From contig JBFWVA010000005.1 in NCBI GenBank assembly GCA_050246995.1, positions 44,990 through 108,989 on the forward strand: a stretch of DNA of 64,000 nt. Direction: 5' to 3'. Made by a program: the position numbers and the translations under genes. Within the stretch, counting starts at the first letter, position 1, and every line of letters begins with the position of its first letter. Of the stretch, positions 17,573 through 26,607 are shown one piece after another. The notes beneath the pieces were generated by a model. That model had not been told where the DNA came from. It was given only the letters and a program-made list of their open reading frames with translations, and made no database searches. Source of the stretch: Rhodospirillaceae bacterium. GTDB taxonomy: Bacteria; Pseudomonadota; Alphaproteobacteria; Rhodospirillales; Rhodospirillaceae.

Positions 17573-20455
17573 ATGGATAATGATTCTTATAAGCGTTCTC
17601 GTGTGAAGGCGAGCGCGCTAGCGTCTGTGAGTGGCTTCGCTCTAGCGGTATTTGCATACGCACCCAGTTCATATGCGCAAACACCGGCGACGCAGGCGCC
17701 TGCCGCCGTCGATGAGATCGTCGTCACTGGCTCGCGCATCGTGCGCGACGGTTACGAAGCCCCGACGCCGGTGACGGTCGTCGGCGTCGAGCAGCTTCAA
17801 GACGCGGCCAAGCCCAATGTGTTTGACGCCATCTCCAGCCTTCCTGCCTTCTCGGGCAACATCAACCTTTCCACAAGCACGGCCGGGATTTCCATGGGCA
17901 CCGGCGGCGCGAGTACGCTCAATTTGCGTGGTCTCGGCGTCAACCGCACCCTCGTGCTGTTCGACGGCAAGCGCTTTCCGAACATCTTCGTCACCGGCGG
18001 CACCGATGCAAAATTATTCCCCGACCTTCTGATCTCGCGTGTCGACGTTGTGACCGGCGGCGCCTCCGCCGTCTATGGATCTGACGCGGTCTCCGGTGTC
18101 GTCAACTTTGTGCTCGATAAAGAGTTCACGGGCGTGAAGGGCAACATCATGGGCGGTATCACCAGCCGGGGCGACCATGAGCAATATAAGGTCGCTCTGG
18201 CGGCAGGTACGCCGTTCGCCGCTGGGCGTGGACATTTCTTGATCGCGGCTGACTTCGGCGATCAGGCGCATATGGAGGGCAAGGTCCGCGAATGGAACCA
18301 GGTCGGTTACTTCCAAGTGACCAATCCCAACTACACGGCGACGAATGGACAGCCGCAGCTTTTGAACCGCTATCACGCCGGCCTTTGGGCGGCTAATCCC
18401 GGGGGCGTCATCGCCAGTGGTCCTTTGAAGGGCATTGCGTTCGGCCCCAACGGTGCGCCGTACCAGTTCAATTTCGGCGAATTCATCGGCGGTTCGTTCA
18501 ATGTGGGCGGCGACTGGCAGAACGCCACCGAGCAAGGCGCCAACAGCCTCTCCGCCGGGACCGAGGATAAGCATCTGTATGCGCGTGCTAGCTATGACGT
18601 CACCGACAACGTGACGGTGTTCGCCGAGTACAACTTCGGCACCGTCCAATCGATTTATAATTGTTGTTGGACCTACTACCTGGGCGCCAACATCAATGTC
18701 AGTACCCAAAATCCATTCATGCCCGAGGACGTACGCGCGCGCGCAACGGCTTTAGGTTTGACGTCGCTGGCATTCGGCAAGCAGCTGAAGGACATTCCGC
18801 CGTATACGGCCGAAAACGAGCGCAACAGCTACGTCTATGTGGTGGGCGCCGAAGGCAATTTTGACGCTTTCGACACGGCATGGAACTGGGATGTGTACGG
18901 TCAAAAAGGGCTGGTGAAACTCGACCTCAATTCTCCAGTTCAGGTCAGACCGGCGAACTTTGCCCTAGCTATCGACGCGGTGCGCAACCCGACGACCGGC
19001 GCCATTATGTGCCGCTCCACACTCACCAACCCGACCAATGGCTGTGTCCCGTATAACCTGTTCGGCACGCCGGGTGTGAATTCAGACGCCGCGAAAAATT
19101 ACATTACTTCCTTCCCAAATCATCCACACAACAGCCAGGCGCAACGCACGAGTTCGGCCGCGTTCAACATCTCCGGCGAGCCGTTCGAGGGCTGGGCGGG
19201 CCCGGTCTCATTGGCGTTCGGCGGCGAATGGCGCAAGGAGTCCATCGAAGGCGTGGCCGATCCGATCGCCCAGGCAAGAGGATGGTTCTCGACGAACTAC
19301 ATCTCCTGGCCGCTTGTCTCTCAAAGCGTGGTCGAAGGAAACATCGAAACAGTCGTGCCGCTGGCGAAGGATGAGGCGTGGGCGACGGCACTCGACTTCA
19401 ACGGGGGTATACGAGTCACCCACTATTCCGAATCAGGCTCCGTGGTGACGTGGAAGGCCGGCTTGACCTATAGCCCGGTTGACGACTTCCGGCTCCGTTT
19501 CACGCGCTCGCGTGACATTCGCGCGCCGAACCTGAACGACTTGTACGCGCCCGGTCAGCGCGGAAACAGCGCCATCGCCGATCCTTTCCTGGGCAATCAG
19601 AGCTTCGTGTACGGGAACATCGCGGGCGGAAATGTGAATCTTGTGCCGGAAAAAGCCGACACGACCGGGATCGGCGGCGTCTACCAGCCGTCGTGGCTGC
19701 CGGGCTTCAGTACGTCGGTGGACTACTACAACATCAATCTGAAGGGCGCGATTTCCTCACCGGCGACGACGTTCATTCTGCAGCAGTGCTTTGAAGGCGT
19801 GGCGTTCTACTGCCAATTCATCAATCGCCGTGCCGACGGCACGATTGATACGATTTATCAGAGTCCGGTCAACGCCAACGTTCTCAAGGCGCGCGGGTTG
19901 GATGTCGAAGCCAGCTATCGCACCCCGCTGTCGGCGTTCGTCGACTCCTGGAACGGCGATCTGTCGCTGCGCGCGGTGGCCACTCATATCATTGCGTTGG
20001 AGGGCCAAAGCACGACCCACAGCGTGTCGACAGGGGCCATCGGCGGCGGTGGCCTGGTCAATGCGCCGGCGCCGCGGTGGAGCGGCCAAATCGGCTTGAG
20101 CTACAGCCTTGAGCCGTTCCGATTCAACTGGACGACGCGCTACATCAGCTCGGGCGACATGTTCGCGGACTTCATTGCCTGCACGTCGGGTTGTCCGACG
20201 CCTATTCCGGCAGGGAAACGGACGGTCGACACCAACCACGTGCCTGCGTATTACGCGACCGACATCGCGTTCGCTTACGCCTTCTACACGGACGGCGATC
20301 GCAACGCCGAGGCGTACCTGAACGTCGATAACCTGTTTGATAAGGATCCGCCGCCGGTCGCAGTCAGCGGGGTCGCCTACAGTCCGATGACGCAGGCGGC
20401 GCTATACGACGTGTACGGACGTTCGTTCCGTGTGGGCGTGCGCTTCAAGATGTAA
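17573..20455 (+). CDS. TonB-dependent outer membrane receptor
   Basis: Signal peptide, TonB-box-like DEIVVTGSRI, plug (LRGLGVNRTLVLFDGKR), and a long beta-barrel with terminal RSFRVGVRFKM. Confidence 0.9.
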   Translation: MDNDSYKRSRVKASALASVSGFALAVFAYAPSSYAQTPATQAPAAVDEIVVTGSRIVRDGYEAPTPVTVVGVEQLQDAAKPNVFDAISSLPAFSGNINLSTSTAGISMGTGGASTLNLRGLGVNRTLVLFDGKRFPNIFVTGGTDAKLFPDLLISRVDVVTGGASAVYGSDAVSGVVNFVLDKEFTGVKGNIMGGITSRGDHEQYKVALAAGTPFAAGRGHFLIAADFGDQAHMEGKVREWNQVGYFQVTNPNYTATNGQPQLLNRYHAGLWAANPGGVIASGPLKGIAFGPNGAPYQFNFGEFIGGSFNVGGDWQNATEQGANSLSAGTEDKHLYARASYDVTDNVTVFAEYNFGTVQSIYNCCWTYYLGANINVSTQNPFMPEDVRARATALGLTSLAFGKQLKDIPPYTAENERNSYVYVVGAEGNFDAFDTAWNWDVYGQKGLVKLDLNSPVQVRPANFALAIDAVRNPTTGAIMCRSTLTNPTNGCVPYNLFGTPGVNSDAAKNYITSFPNHPHNSQAQRTSSAAFNISGEPFEGWAGPVSLAFGGEWRKESIEGVADPIAQARGWFSTNYISWPLVSQSVVEGNIETVVPLAKDEAWATALDFNGGIRVTHYSESGSVVTWKAGLTYSPVDDFRLRFTRSRDIRAPNLNDLYAPGQRGNSAIADPFLGNQSFVYGNIAGGNVNLVPEKADTTGIGGVYQPSWLPGFSTSVDYYNINLKGAISSPATTFILQQCFEGVAFYCQFINRRADGTIDTIYQSPVNANVLKARGLDVEASYRTPLSAFVDSWNGDLSLRAVATHIIALEGQSTTHSVSTGAIGGGGLVNAPAPRWSGQIGLSYSLEPFRFNWTTRYISSGDMFADFIACTSGCPTPIPAGKRTVDTNHVPAYYATDIAFAYAFYTDGDRNAEAYLNVDNLFDKDPPPVAVSGVAYSPMTQAALYDVYGRSFRVGVRFKM

Positions 20456-20468
20456 ACGCGAGGTTCCC

Positions 20469-20494
20469 GCGGCACGCCATGAGTGGCGTGCCGC
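20469..20494 (+). terminator. Perfect 11-bp hairpin just after the TonB-dependent receptor gene (no U-tract)
   Basis: GCGGCACGCCA-TGAG-TGGCGTGCCGC, 14 nt after the stop. The missing T-run makes intrinsic termination uncertain. Confidence 0.4.
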
Positions 20495-20497
20495 GAA

Positions 20498-20636
20498 CGA
20501 CTCGCCCAACGCACGTTTCCGATTTTTTGAATTGTGCGGAAAATCGCACTGCGATTTTCGGCGCAATCCCCCGGAGGGGTCGCGAGGCGAACGCAGGCCG
20601 CCGACTCGCCGCACACACATTTCCGATTTTTTGAAT
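20498..20636. repeat. Two copies of a 35-bp direct repeat, 104 bp apart, flanking a 21-bp palindrome
   Basis: Copies at 20498-20532 and 20602-20636: CGACTCGCC-N9-TTTCCGATTTTTTGAAT, about 31/35 identical. Palindrome GAAAATCGCA-C-TGCGATTTTC at 20539-20559. Confidence 0.6.
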
Positions 20637-20859
20637 CATTAAATCTGCACACCCCCTAAAAATCGCTCGACGAAAAATCGGGCAATGGCGCATTCTTATG
20701 CGAGGTGAGTCCGCCGCAAGCGGGCTTGCCGCCGTTCTTTGACATCGTGAATCTCGAGATCTCGCGCGGCTGTCGCAGCCGACCGGCCGCGACTGTTTTG
20801 TTGGACCTGTTTTTAGGGCGGAAAACCTAGAGCTCTGAAATTCTATGATTTTTCCGAAG

Positions 20860-20960
20860 TGTCGCCTGATGTCGCCCTTATGTCGCCCAACGCAAAAAAT
20901 GCGCTAACCTATTGAAACGTAATAGTTGTTAGCCACATGTCGCCTGTCGCCCATGTCGCC
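20860..20960. repeat. Six copies of the heptamer TGTCGCC in two triplets
   Basis: Copies start at 20860, 20870, 20881 (10-11 bp phasing) and at 20938, 20945, 20954. An AT-rich 50-bp spacer separates the triplets. Confidence 0.6.
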
Positions 20961-21071
20961 CGGCGGGACTTGTAATGTGGCCGTTCTGTCCCGCAACCCC
21001 TAGCGGACCCCCGGCGTTGTGACCCAGGAACCAATCCTTTATAAATCGTAAAGGCCATTCGCTAGGGGACC

Positions 21072-21533
21072 ATGGCGCTCACCGCCGACATTCTCGTCAC
21101 GCCGCCGCCGATCATGGCGGCCGTAACACCGCCGCAACCGCGGCCGGTGATTGCGCCGTCTGGCGAGCGCGACGGCGCCAATAATCAGCGCCGTGACTCG
21201 GGCAAGAAAGAAAACGGCCCGCTCTCCTTCCGCGCCGCGCTCGGCGAAACCGTCTTTGACCGTCTCGACCGCGCGTCCTCACAGGCACTTGCGTTGGCCT
21301 GGAACGGCGAGGGGCAGGAGCGTCTCCATCGCGAGGCGCGCTTTCCCGAAAGCGGCCCTGTCGAACTGACGGGCGAAGAGGCGAGCGATTTGTTCGAGCG
21401 CGCTGTCGCGAACAACAGCCGCAGGGGCCGCGATCCGGCATTCGCGGCGGCCACATCGCTATATTCCACCAGCTACTTCGCCGGCTCGTCCTTCCACACG
21501 CGTCCGGGCGAAACGCTCGAAATCACCGCGTAA
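21072..21533 (+). CDS. Hypothetical protein (no recognisable domain)
   Basis: Strong GC3 coding bias. Pro-rich N-terminus. No TM helix or signal peptide, and no family recognised. Confidence 0.5.
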   Translation: MALTADILVTPPPIMAAVTPPQPRPVIAPSGERDGANNQRRDSGKKENGPLSFRAALGETVFDRLDRASSQALALAWNGEGQERLHREARFPESGPVELTGEEASDLFERAVANNSRRGRDPAFAAATSLYSTSYFAGSSFHTRPGETLEITA

Positions 21534-21602
21534 CCGGCACACCATCGCAACAAAAGACACGGCGGATCGTTTTGGCGGGACAATTCTCGCCAAAGGCGAA
21601 CC

Positions 21603-22112
21603 ATGGCCGAACCCCTTCGAAATCCCGAACAATGTCCGATCCGCGAGGATCTGCCGTTTCAGCGGATCATGTGGAGTATCGAGCGGCTGGGCTGGGTCGT
21701 CATGGCGGTCCTTGTGCTTGCCGCGATGGCCGGCCTGCTGGGCGGGCCGACGACTCGCCAGGAAACGCGCGATGCCTCGGGCCGCGTGCACGTCGAATAT
21801 CAGCACTTCCAACGTCACCTCGATCCCACCGCCATGCGGCTGAAGATCGATACGCAAGGCCAGTCGCTTTTCGAACTCATCATCGGCAAGGAACTCGCGC
21901 AGGCCTTCGAGATCCGCAGCGTGGTTCCCGGGCCCATTGAAACGCAGGCCCATGAAGGCGGGCTTCTGATGAAGTTTGCTGCCAGTCCGGACAATACGAT
22001 GCCGGCGGAGATCGTCATCGTTGGCATCCCGGATCGACCCGGCCGCGTCACCGGCGGGATCGGTTTGTTCGGCGAAACGCCCGCGCCGCTCAACATCTTC
22101 ATCTATCCGTAG
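21603..22112 (+). CDS. Hypothetical single-pass membrane protein
   Basis: One TM (LGWVVMAVLVLAAMAGLLGG) followed by a ~110-aa probable beta-rich domain. Ends 13 nt before the next gene. Confidence 0.55.
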   Translation: MAEPLRNPEQCPIREDLPFQRIMWSIERLGWVVMAVLVLAAMAGLLGGPTTRQETRDASGRVHVEYQHFQRHLDPTAMRLKIDTQGQSLFELIIGKELAQAFEIRSVVPGPIETQAHEGGLLMKFAASPDNTMPAEIVIVGIPDRPGRVTGGIGLFGETPAPLNIFIYP

Positions 22113-22125
22113 GAGGCCCGTTCAC

Positions 22126-22662
22126 ATGGACGCCGTCCTGCGCGCTGCCGCGGTCTATTTCATTCTGCTCATTGCCGTGCGCCTTGCAGGCCGCCGCACC
22201 CTATCGGAACTCACCACGTTCGATTTCATTCTCGTCCTTGTCATCAGCGAGGCCGTGCAGCAGGGCATGGTGGGGGACGACTATTCGCTCACCACCGCGA
22301 CCGTTGTTGTCGTGACGTTGGTGCTGATCGACGTCACGCTGTCGTTCGCGAAAACCCGTTTCCGCTGGCTGGAGAAAATACTCGAAGGCGTGCCGACCGT
22401 GCTGGTCGAGAACGGCCGTCCTTTACGCGAGCGCATGAAGAAAGCCCGTGTGTCCGAGGATGACATCATGGAATCAGCGCGCGAGCTGCAAGGGCTCGAA
22501 CGCATGGATCAGATTAAATTCGCTGTGCTGGAGGTCGGCGGCAAGATCACGGTGATCCCGGCCGGGAAGGAAGCGCCCTCCGTCGAATCTGCAAGTACCA
22601 AAACTAAATCTGAAGAAAAGAAACCCGCTAAGCGTCGAGCGCAGCGCGGCCGGTCTTCGTGA
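22126..22662 (+). CDS. DUF421 (YetF-like) membrane protein
   Basis: ATG at 22126 follows AGGAGG. YFILLIAVRLAGRRTLSELTTFDFILVLVISE...VLVENGRPL...ARVSEDDIMESAR pattern is typical of DUF421. Confidence 0.8.
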   Translation: MDAVLRAAAVYFILLIAVRLAGRRTLSELTTFDFILVLVISEAVQQGMVGDDYSLTTATVVVVTLVLIDVTLSFAKTRFRWLEKILEGVPTVLVENGRPLRERMKKARVSEDDIMESARELQGLERMDQIKFAVLEVGGKITVIPAGKEAPSVESASTKTKSEEKKPAKRRAQRGRSS

Positions 22663-22888
22663 GCTTACAGACCATCCAGTCGAGCTTGAGCTGATTGTTG
22701 AACCAGGGCTCGGCCCAACCTTCATCGAGACACTTCTTCACGACTTGAAGATTTACCTTGCGGCCTTCTTCGTCAAACAGAGGCAGCTTGCCGCCCGGCT
22801 GCGCAAGGCCGCGTTCCAGCCACTTGCGCTGCGCCGGGGAAAGCCGGGAGAGGGATCGCTCGCCGCCATCCATGATCATCTTCCACAC
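22628..22888 (-). CDS. Small hypothetical protein
   Basis: 86-aa ORF with coding-like GC3. Its 3' end overlaps the DUF421 gene convergently by 35 bp. No family recognised. Confidence 0.45.
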   Translation of the reverse strand: MWKMIMDGGERSLSRLSPAQRKWLERGLAQPGGKLPLFDEEGRKVNLQVVKKCLDEGWAEPWFNNQLKLDWMVCKLTKTGRAALDA

Positions 22889-22998
22889 TCAAGAAAAGTC
22901 CGCGCGTGTTGCCGCGCTTTGGATTTAGGGCCTAATCTGCAGGCGTAGATGTGAATATTTCCTGAAGTGAGAATAGGCAAGTGCAAGGATCGCGGCCC

Positions 22999-23343
22999 AT
23001 GCGTGAGGTTCAAACCGTCCCGTCCACCCATTGTATGGTATATGTCACCGCCGCATCGAAGGACGAAGCGCTACAGATTGGGCGTGCCTTGGTGCAGGAG
23101 CGACTGGCCGCCTGCGCCAATATCCTGGACGGAATGCATTCCGTGTACCGCTGGCAGGGCGCCGTCGAGGAAGCGCAGGAAGCCGTCCTCATCCTGAAAA
23201 CGCGCAAGCAGCTTGTCGACAAGACGGTGGCAAGGGTGGCGGAGCTGCATAGTTACGTTACGCCCTGCGCGGTCGTGTACGACATGTCCAATGGGCTTGC
23301 CGCCTACCTCGACTGGATCGACGTTTCGACAAGCCAAGTCTAG
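22999..23343 (+). CDS. cutA: Divalent-cation tolerance protein CutA
   Basis: MVYVTAASKDEALQIGRALVQERLAACANI...YRWQGAVEEAQEAVLILKT...HSY.TPC. Start chosen to give ~114 aa. Confidence 0.85.
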   Translation: MREVQTVPSTHCMVYVTAASKDEALQIGRALVQERLAACANILDGMHSVYRWQGAVEEAQEAVLILKTRKQLVDKTVARVAELHSYVTPCAVVYDMSNGLAAYLDWIDVSTSQV

Positions 23344-23419
23344 GCGCAAGCGCACCCGGCCTTCGGAACCTTTGCGCGAATCTTCGCGTTGAAAGACCGT
23401 CACTCTCACGGGTAAGGCC

Positions 23420-23743
23420 ATGGCGCAGGCGAAAGCAAAACGCAAAATCAAGACGAAGGTGAAAACCGCGAAGAAGGCGGCCTTGAAATCGACCTCCAAA
23501 GTGCGGCGCCCCGTGAAGAAAAGCTTGCCGCGCGCACGGCGGAAAACCTCGTCGATCGCCAAGGAGTTCGGCGCGCTCGCCGACAAGATCACCAGCTTCG
23601 GCAAAGTCGTGTTCGAACAAGGCGCCGAGAAGGCCGGAGAGATCGCCCGCGCCGGACTTTCGGCCATCGAACAGGGTAGTGAAAAGATCGGCGGTGAAAT
23701 TGCCGCGATCAAGCGCGCGGCGCTGTCACGCGCGAAGCTTTAA
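23420..23743 (+). CDS. Hypothetical protein with Lys/Arg-rich (histone H1-like) N-terminus and helical C-terminus
   Basis: MAQAKAKRKIKTKVKTAKKAALKSTSKVRRPVKK..., then an amphipathic helical half. Ends 6 nt before the next gene. Confidence 0.55.
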   Translation: MAQAKAKRKIKTKVKTAKKAALKSTSKVRRPVKKSLPRARRKTSSIAKEFGALADKITSFGKVVFEQGAEKAGEIARAGLSAIEQGSEKIGGEIAAIKRAALSRAKL

Positions 23744-23749
23744 GACGCG

Positions 23750-24046
23750 ATGGACACCGCTGGGGCGATCGGCGCTGTTGCTTCCCTCTGCTCGGTGGTA
23801 AGTTTCACACCGCAAGCCTGGAAGATCATCAAGTCCCGTCATACCGACGATATCTCCGCCGGTATGTTCGTGCTCACCGTCACAGGCTTTGCCCTTTGGA
23901 CCGCCTACGGCGTCTTGCTCGGCAAATGGCCGATCATCATTACCAATGCGATCTGCTTTGTACTGGCGGGCTTCATCTTGATGATGAAGCTTCTGCCTTC
24001 GCGTAAGAAAAACAAGGTTGCCGACGCGCTGGATCCCGAAGCGTAA
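23750..24046 (+). CDS. SemiSWEET / PQ-loop family transporter
   Basis: 98 aa, three TM helices, and FTPQAWKIIKSRHTDDIS (PQ motif). Confidence 0.8.
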   Translation: MDTAGAIGAVASLCSVVSFTPQAWKIIKSRHTDDISAGMFVLTVTGFALWTAYGVLLGKWPIIITNAICFVLAGFILMMKLLPSRKKNKVADALDPEA

Positions 24047-24151
24047 GCACCCTTGTCATCCTCGGGCAGGCGCAACACTCACGGATGTATTTTGAGAGAT
24101 GGATCGGCCGGATGAACCGGCGATAAGAGTGGTATGTGGTCTAGGGATCGC

Positions 24152-24182
24152 AAAAAAATAGCCCGCTGGGGGCAGCGGGCTA
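24152..24182 (-). terminator. Rho-independent terminator downstream of ispDF
   Basis: Minus strand reads TAGCCCGCTG-CCCC-CAGCGGGCTA followed by TTTTTTT. Confidence 0.7.
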
Positions 24183-24279
24183 AAGCTTGCGAGGAGTAAA
24201 AGTATTTAGGGGTATACAGTCGGAAGATTAGCGCCCGACCGTTGCACTCCGATGACTCTCGCGGGACGTTTTGGCGAAG

Positions 24280-25419
24280 CTAAAGGCGTATGGTCGCGAC
24301 GGCCTGGGCGGCGATCCCTTCCTGGCGGCCTGTGAAACCTAGGCCTTCCGTGGTGGTGGCCTTCACGCTGATGCGGTCGGCCGCCACGCCCAAAATCTTC
24401 GCCATCTCGTTCACCATCGCCTCACGATGAGGGCCGACCTTCGGGCGCTCGCAGATGATCGTCACATCGAGATGTACGAGGGCGCCTCCCCGTTCGACTA
24501 GAAGGTCGTAAGCGTGACGCAGGAACTGATGCGACGCCGCGCCCCGCCATTTCGGATCACTTGGCGGAAAGTGATGGCCGATATCGCCCGCTCCGCAAGC
24601 GCCGAGGATTGCATCGGTCGCTGCATGTAAGGCAACGTCAGCGTCGGAATGTCCCTCCAGGCTATGGGTATGCGGAACGCGCACGCCGCACAGCATCACC
24701 GCGTCGCCTGGACCAAATTTGTGGACGTCGAAGCCGCTCCCGGTGCGGGTCTCGCTCAGCATCGCATTCGCGCGGGCAAGGTCATCCATGGTCGTCACCT
24801 TGATGTTGGTTTCGTCGCCCGCCACGGTGATGACGCGCTGTCCCGCGCGTTCAAGCACACTAGCGTCGTCCGTTAGAGCCTCGCCGGCATGCGCGCGGTG
24901 CGCTTCAAGGATTTCCGTGAACCGGAAACCCTGCGGCGTCTGTGCGCGGACCAGATGCTCCCGCGAAACGGTCGCGGTGATCGTCGCGCCGTCCACCCGT
25001 TTCAAGGTGTCGATGACCGGGACTACGGGTAGTACGCCGGGCGCTTCTTTGAGGCCGGCGATCACCCGGTCGATTAGCCCGGGTCCGATCACAGGACGCG
25101 CGCCGTCGTGGATCAGGACGAGGTCAGGCGCTGTCGCGGTGAGCGCCTCGAGCCCAAGGCGCACAGACTCCTGCCGGGTCGCGCCGCCAGCGACTGGAAA
25201 CACCCGGGGCAGGCCTGCGGCCGCCGCCTGGAACAGGTCCTGATCGTCCGGGTGGATGGCCACGGCGATCGGCCCTACGCCCGGGTGATCGCAGAAGGCT
25301 TTTAGGGTGCGGCGGAGCAGAGGGCTGCCCTTGAGGGGTGCGTATTGCTTGGGTCCCGTGCCGCCAAAGCGCTGGCCGCGTCCGGCGGCAACAATTAGGG
25401 CGGCGCAGGTCTCGGGCAA
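24280..25419 (-). CDS. ispDF: Bifunctional MEP cytidylyltransferase / MEcPP synthase
   Basis: N-terminal [11 protein letters not shown] (IspD). C-terminal GSGFDVHKF...[11 protein letters not shown] (IspF). Confidence 0.95.
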   Translation of the reverse strand: MPETCAALIVAAGRGQRFGGTGPKQYAPLKGSPLLRRTLKAFCDHPGVGPIAVAIHPDDQDLFQAAAAGLPRVFPVAGGATRQESVRLGLEALTATAPDLVLIHDGARPVIGPGLIDRVIAGLKEAPGVLPVVPVIDTLKRVDGATITATVSREHLVRAQTPQGFRFTEILEAHRAHAGEALTDDASVLERAGQRVITVAGDETNIKVTTMDDLARANAMLSETRTGSGFDVHKFGPGDAVMLCGVRVPHTHSLEGHSDADVALHAATDAILGACGAGDIGHHFPPSDPKWRGAASHQFLRHAYDLLVERGGALVHLDVTIICERPKVGPHREAMVNEMAKILGVAADRISVKATTTEGLGFTGRQEGIAAQAVATIRL

Positions 25420-25608
25420 GGCGGTTCCCCAAAAAGGCTAAGTTACGGGCGCTACAGTAAAAACCCGGGCATGCCGAGGCAATTTGTCTTTTGTCGTGTA
25501 GTGTTGCTAGACTGTGGTGCGCGGCTGCAACAGGGGGCAAAAAACCTTGCTTTTAAGCCACGTTCCTGGGCAAATGCCTAACTTTTAGACAATCCCTCTG
25601 CAGTTTCA

Positions 25609-26607
25609 ATGACAGTTGCGCAAATCCGCATCGGCAATGTTCTTTCGTCCGGGATCGTGTTCCTGGCGCCGATGTCGGGTGTAACGGACCGGCCGTTCCG
25701 CCGGTTGGCGCGAAAGTTCGGGGTCGGGCTCGCCTATACCGAAATGATCGCCAGCCAAGAAATGGTCAAGGCGCACCGCCAGCAACCGCGCATGGGCGCG
25801 GACTGCCGCGATGAAACCCCGCTGGCCGTCCAGCTCGCGGGCTGCGAGCCGGGCATCATGGCCGAGGCCGCCAAACTCAACGAAGACCGCGGCGCGGCCA
25901 TCATCGACATCAACATGGGCTGCCCGGTGAAGAAGGTCGTGAACTCCTGGTCGGGGTCCGCCTTGATGAGGGATGAAGACAATGCCGCGCGGATCGTCGA
26001 AGCCGTCGCGAAGGCCGTGAAGGTCCCGGTGACCTTGAAGATGCGCATGGGCTGGGACCACGACAGCTTGAATGCCCCCACGTTGGCCAAACGGGCGCAG
26101 GACGCGGGCGCGCAGCTCATTACCGTGCACGGCCGCACACGTCAGATGCTTTATAACGGCACGGCGGACTGGGCTTTCATCCGCAAGGTGAAGGACGCCG
26201 TATCGGTCCCGGTGATCGGCAATGGCGATGTGAATACGCCGGCCGACGCGCAAGAACTGCTGCGCTTATCGGGCGCCGACGGCGTCATGATCGGGCGCGG
26301 CGCGTTTGGAAAGCCGTGGATCGCGGCGCATATCGAGCAATTTCTCGCGACAGGCGCCTCGCCGGCGGGCCCGTCCGTCGATGAACGCCGCGACATCGCG
26401 CTCGAGCACTACGAGGCGCTGCTCTCGCATTACGGCACGGACAAAGGTGTGCGCATCGCGCGCAAACATCTCGCGTGGGCGGCGGCGGGCCTCAGGAACG
26501 CCAATGCGTTCCGTGTGGCGGTGAATACCGAAACCGATCCGGAGAAGGTGAAGCGCCTTATCGGCGAGCTCTTCGTGGCGGCAGAGCCCGTGCAGGAGGC
26601 CGCATAG
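25609..26607 (+). CDS. dusB: tRNA-dihydrouridine synthase B (NifR3 family)
   Basis: [34 protein letters not shown]. Conserved position before ntrBC. Confidence 0.9.
   Translation: MTVAQIRIGNVLSSGIVFLAPMSGVTDRPFRRLARKFGVGLAYTEMIASQEMVKAHRQQPRMGADCRDETPLAVQLAGCEPGIMAEAAKLNEDRGAAIIDINMGCPVKKVVNSWSGSALMRDEDNAARIVEAVAKAVKVPVTLKMRMGWDHDSLNAPTLAKRAQDAGAQLITVHGRTRQMLYNGTADWAFIRKVKDAVSVPVIGNGDVNTPADAQELLRLSGADGVMIGRGAFGKPWIAAHIEQFLATGASPAGPSVDERRDIALEHYEALLSHYGTDKGVRIARKHLAWAAAGLRNANAFRVAVNTETDPEKVKRLIGELFVAAEPVQEAA

Noticed and set aside
20860-20960. TGTCGCC heptamer clusters considered as a CRISPR array or coding tandem repeat
   Set aside because: The units are only 7 bp and lack spacer-repeat architecture. 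The only ORFs across them are 12-18 codons. The array is kept as a candidate regulatory repeat instead.
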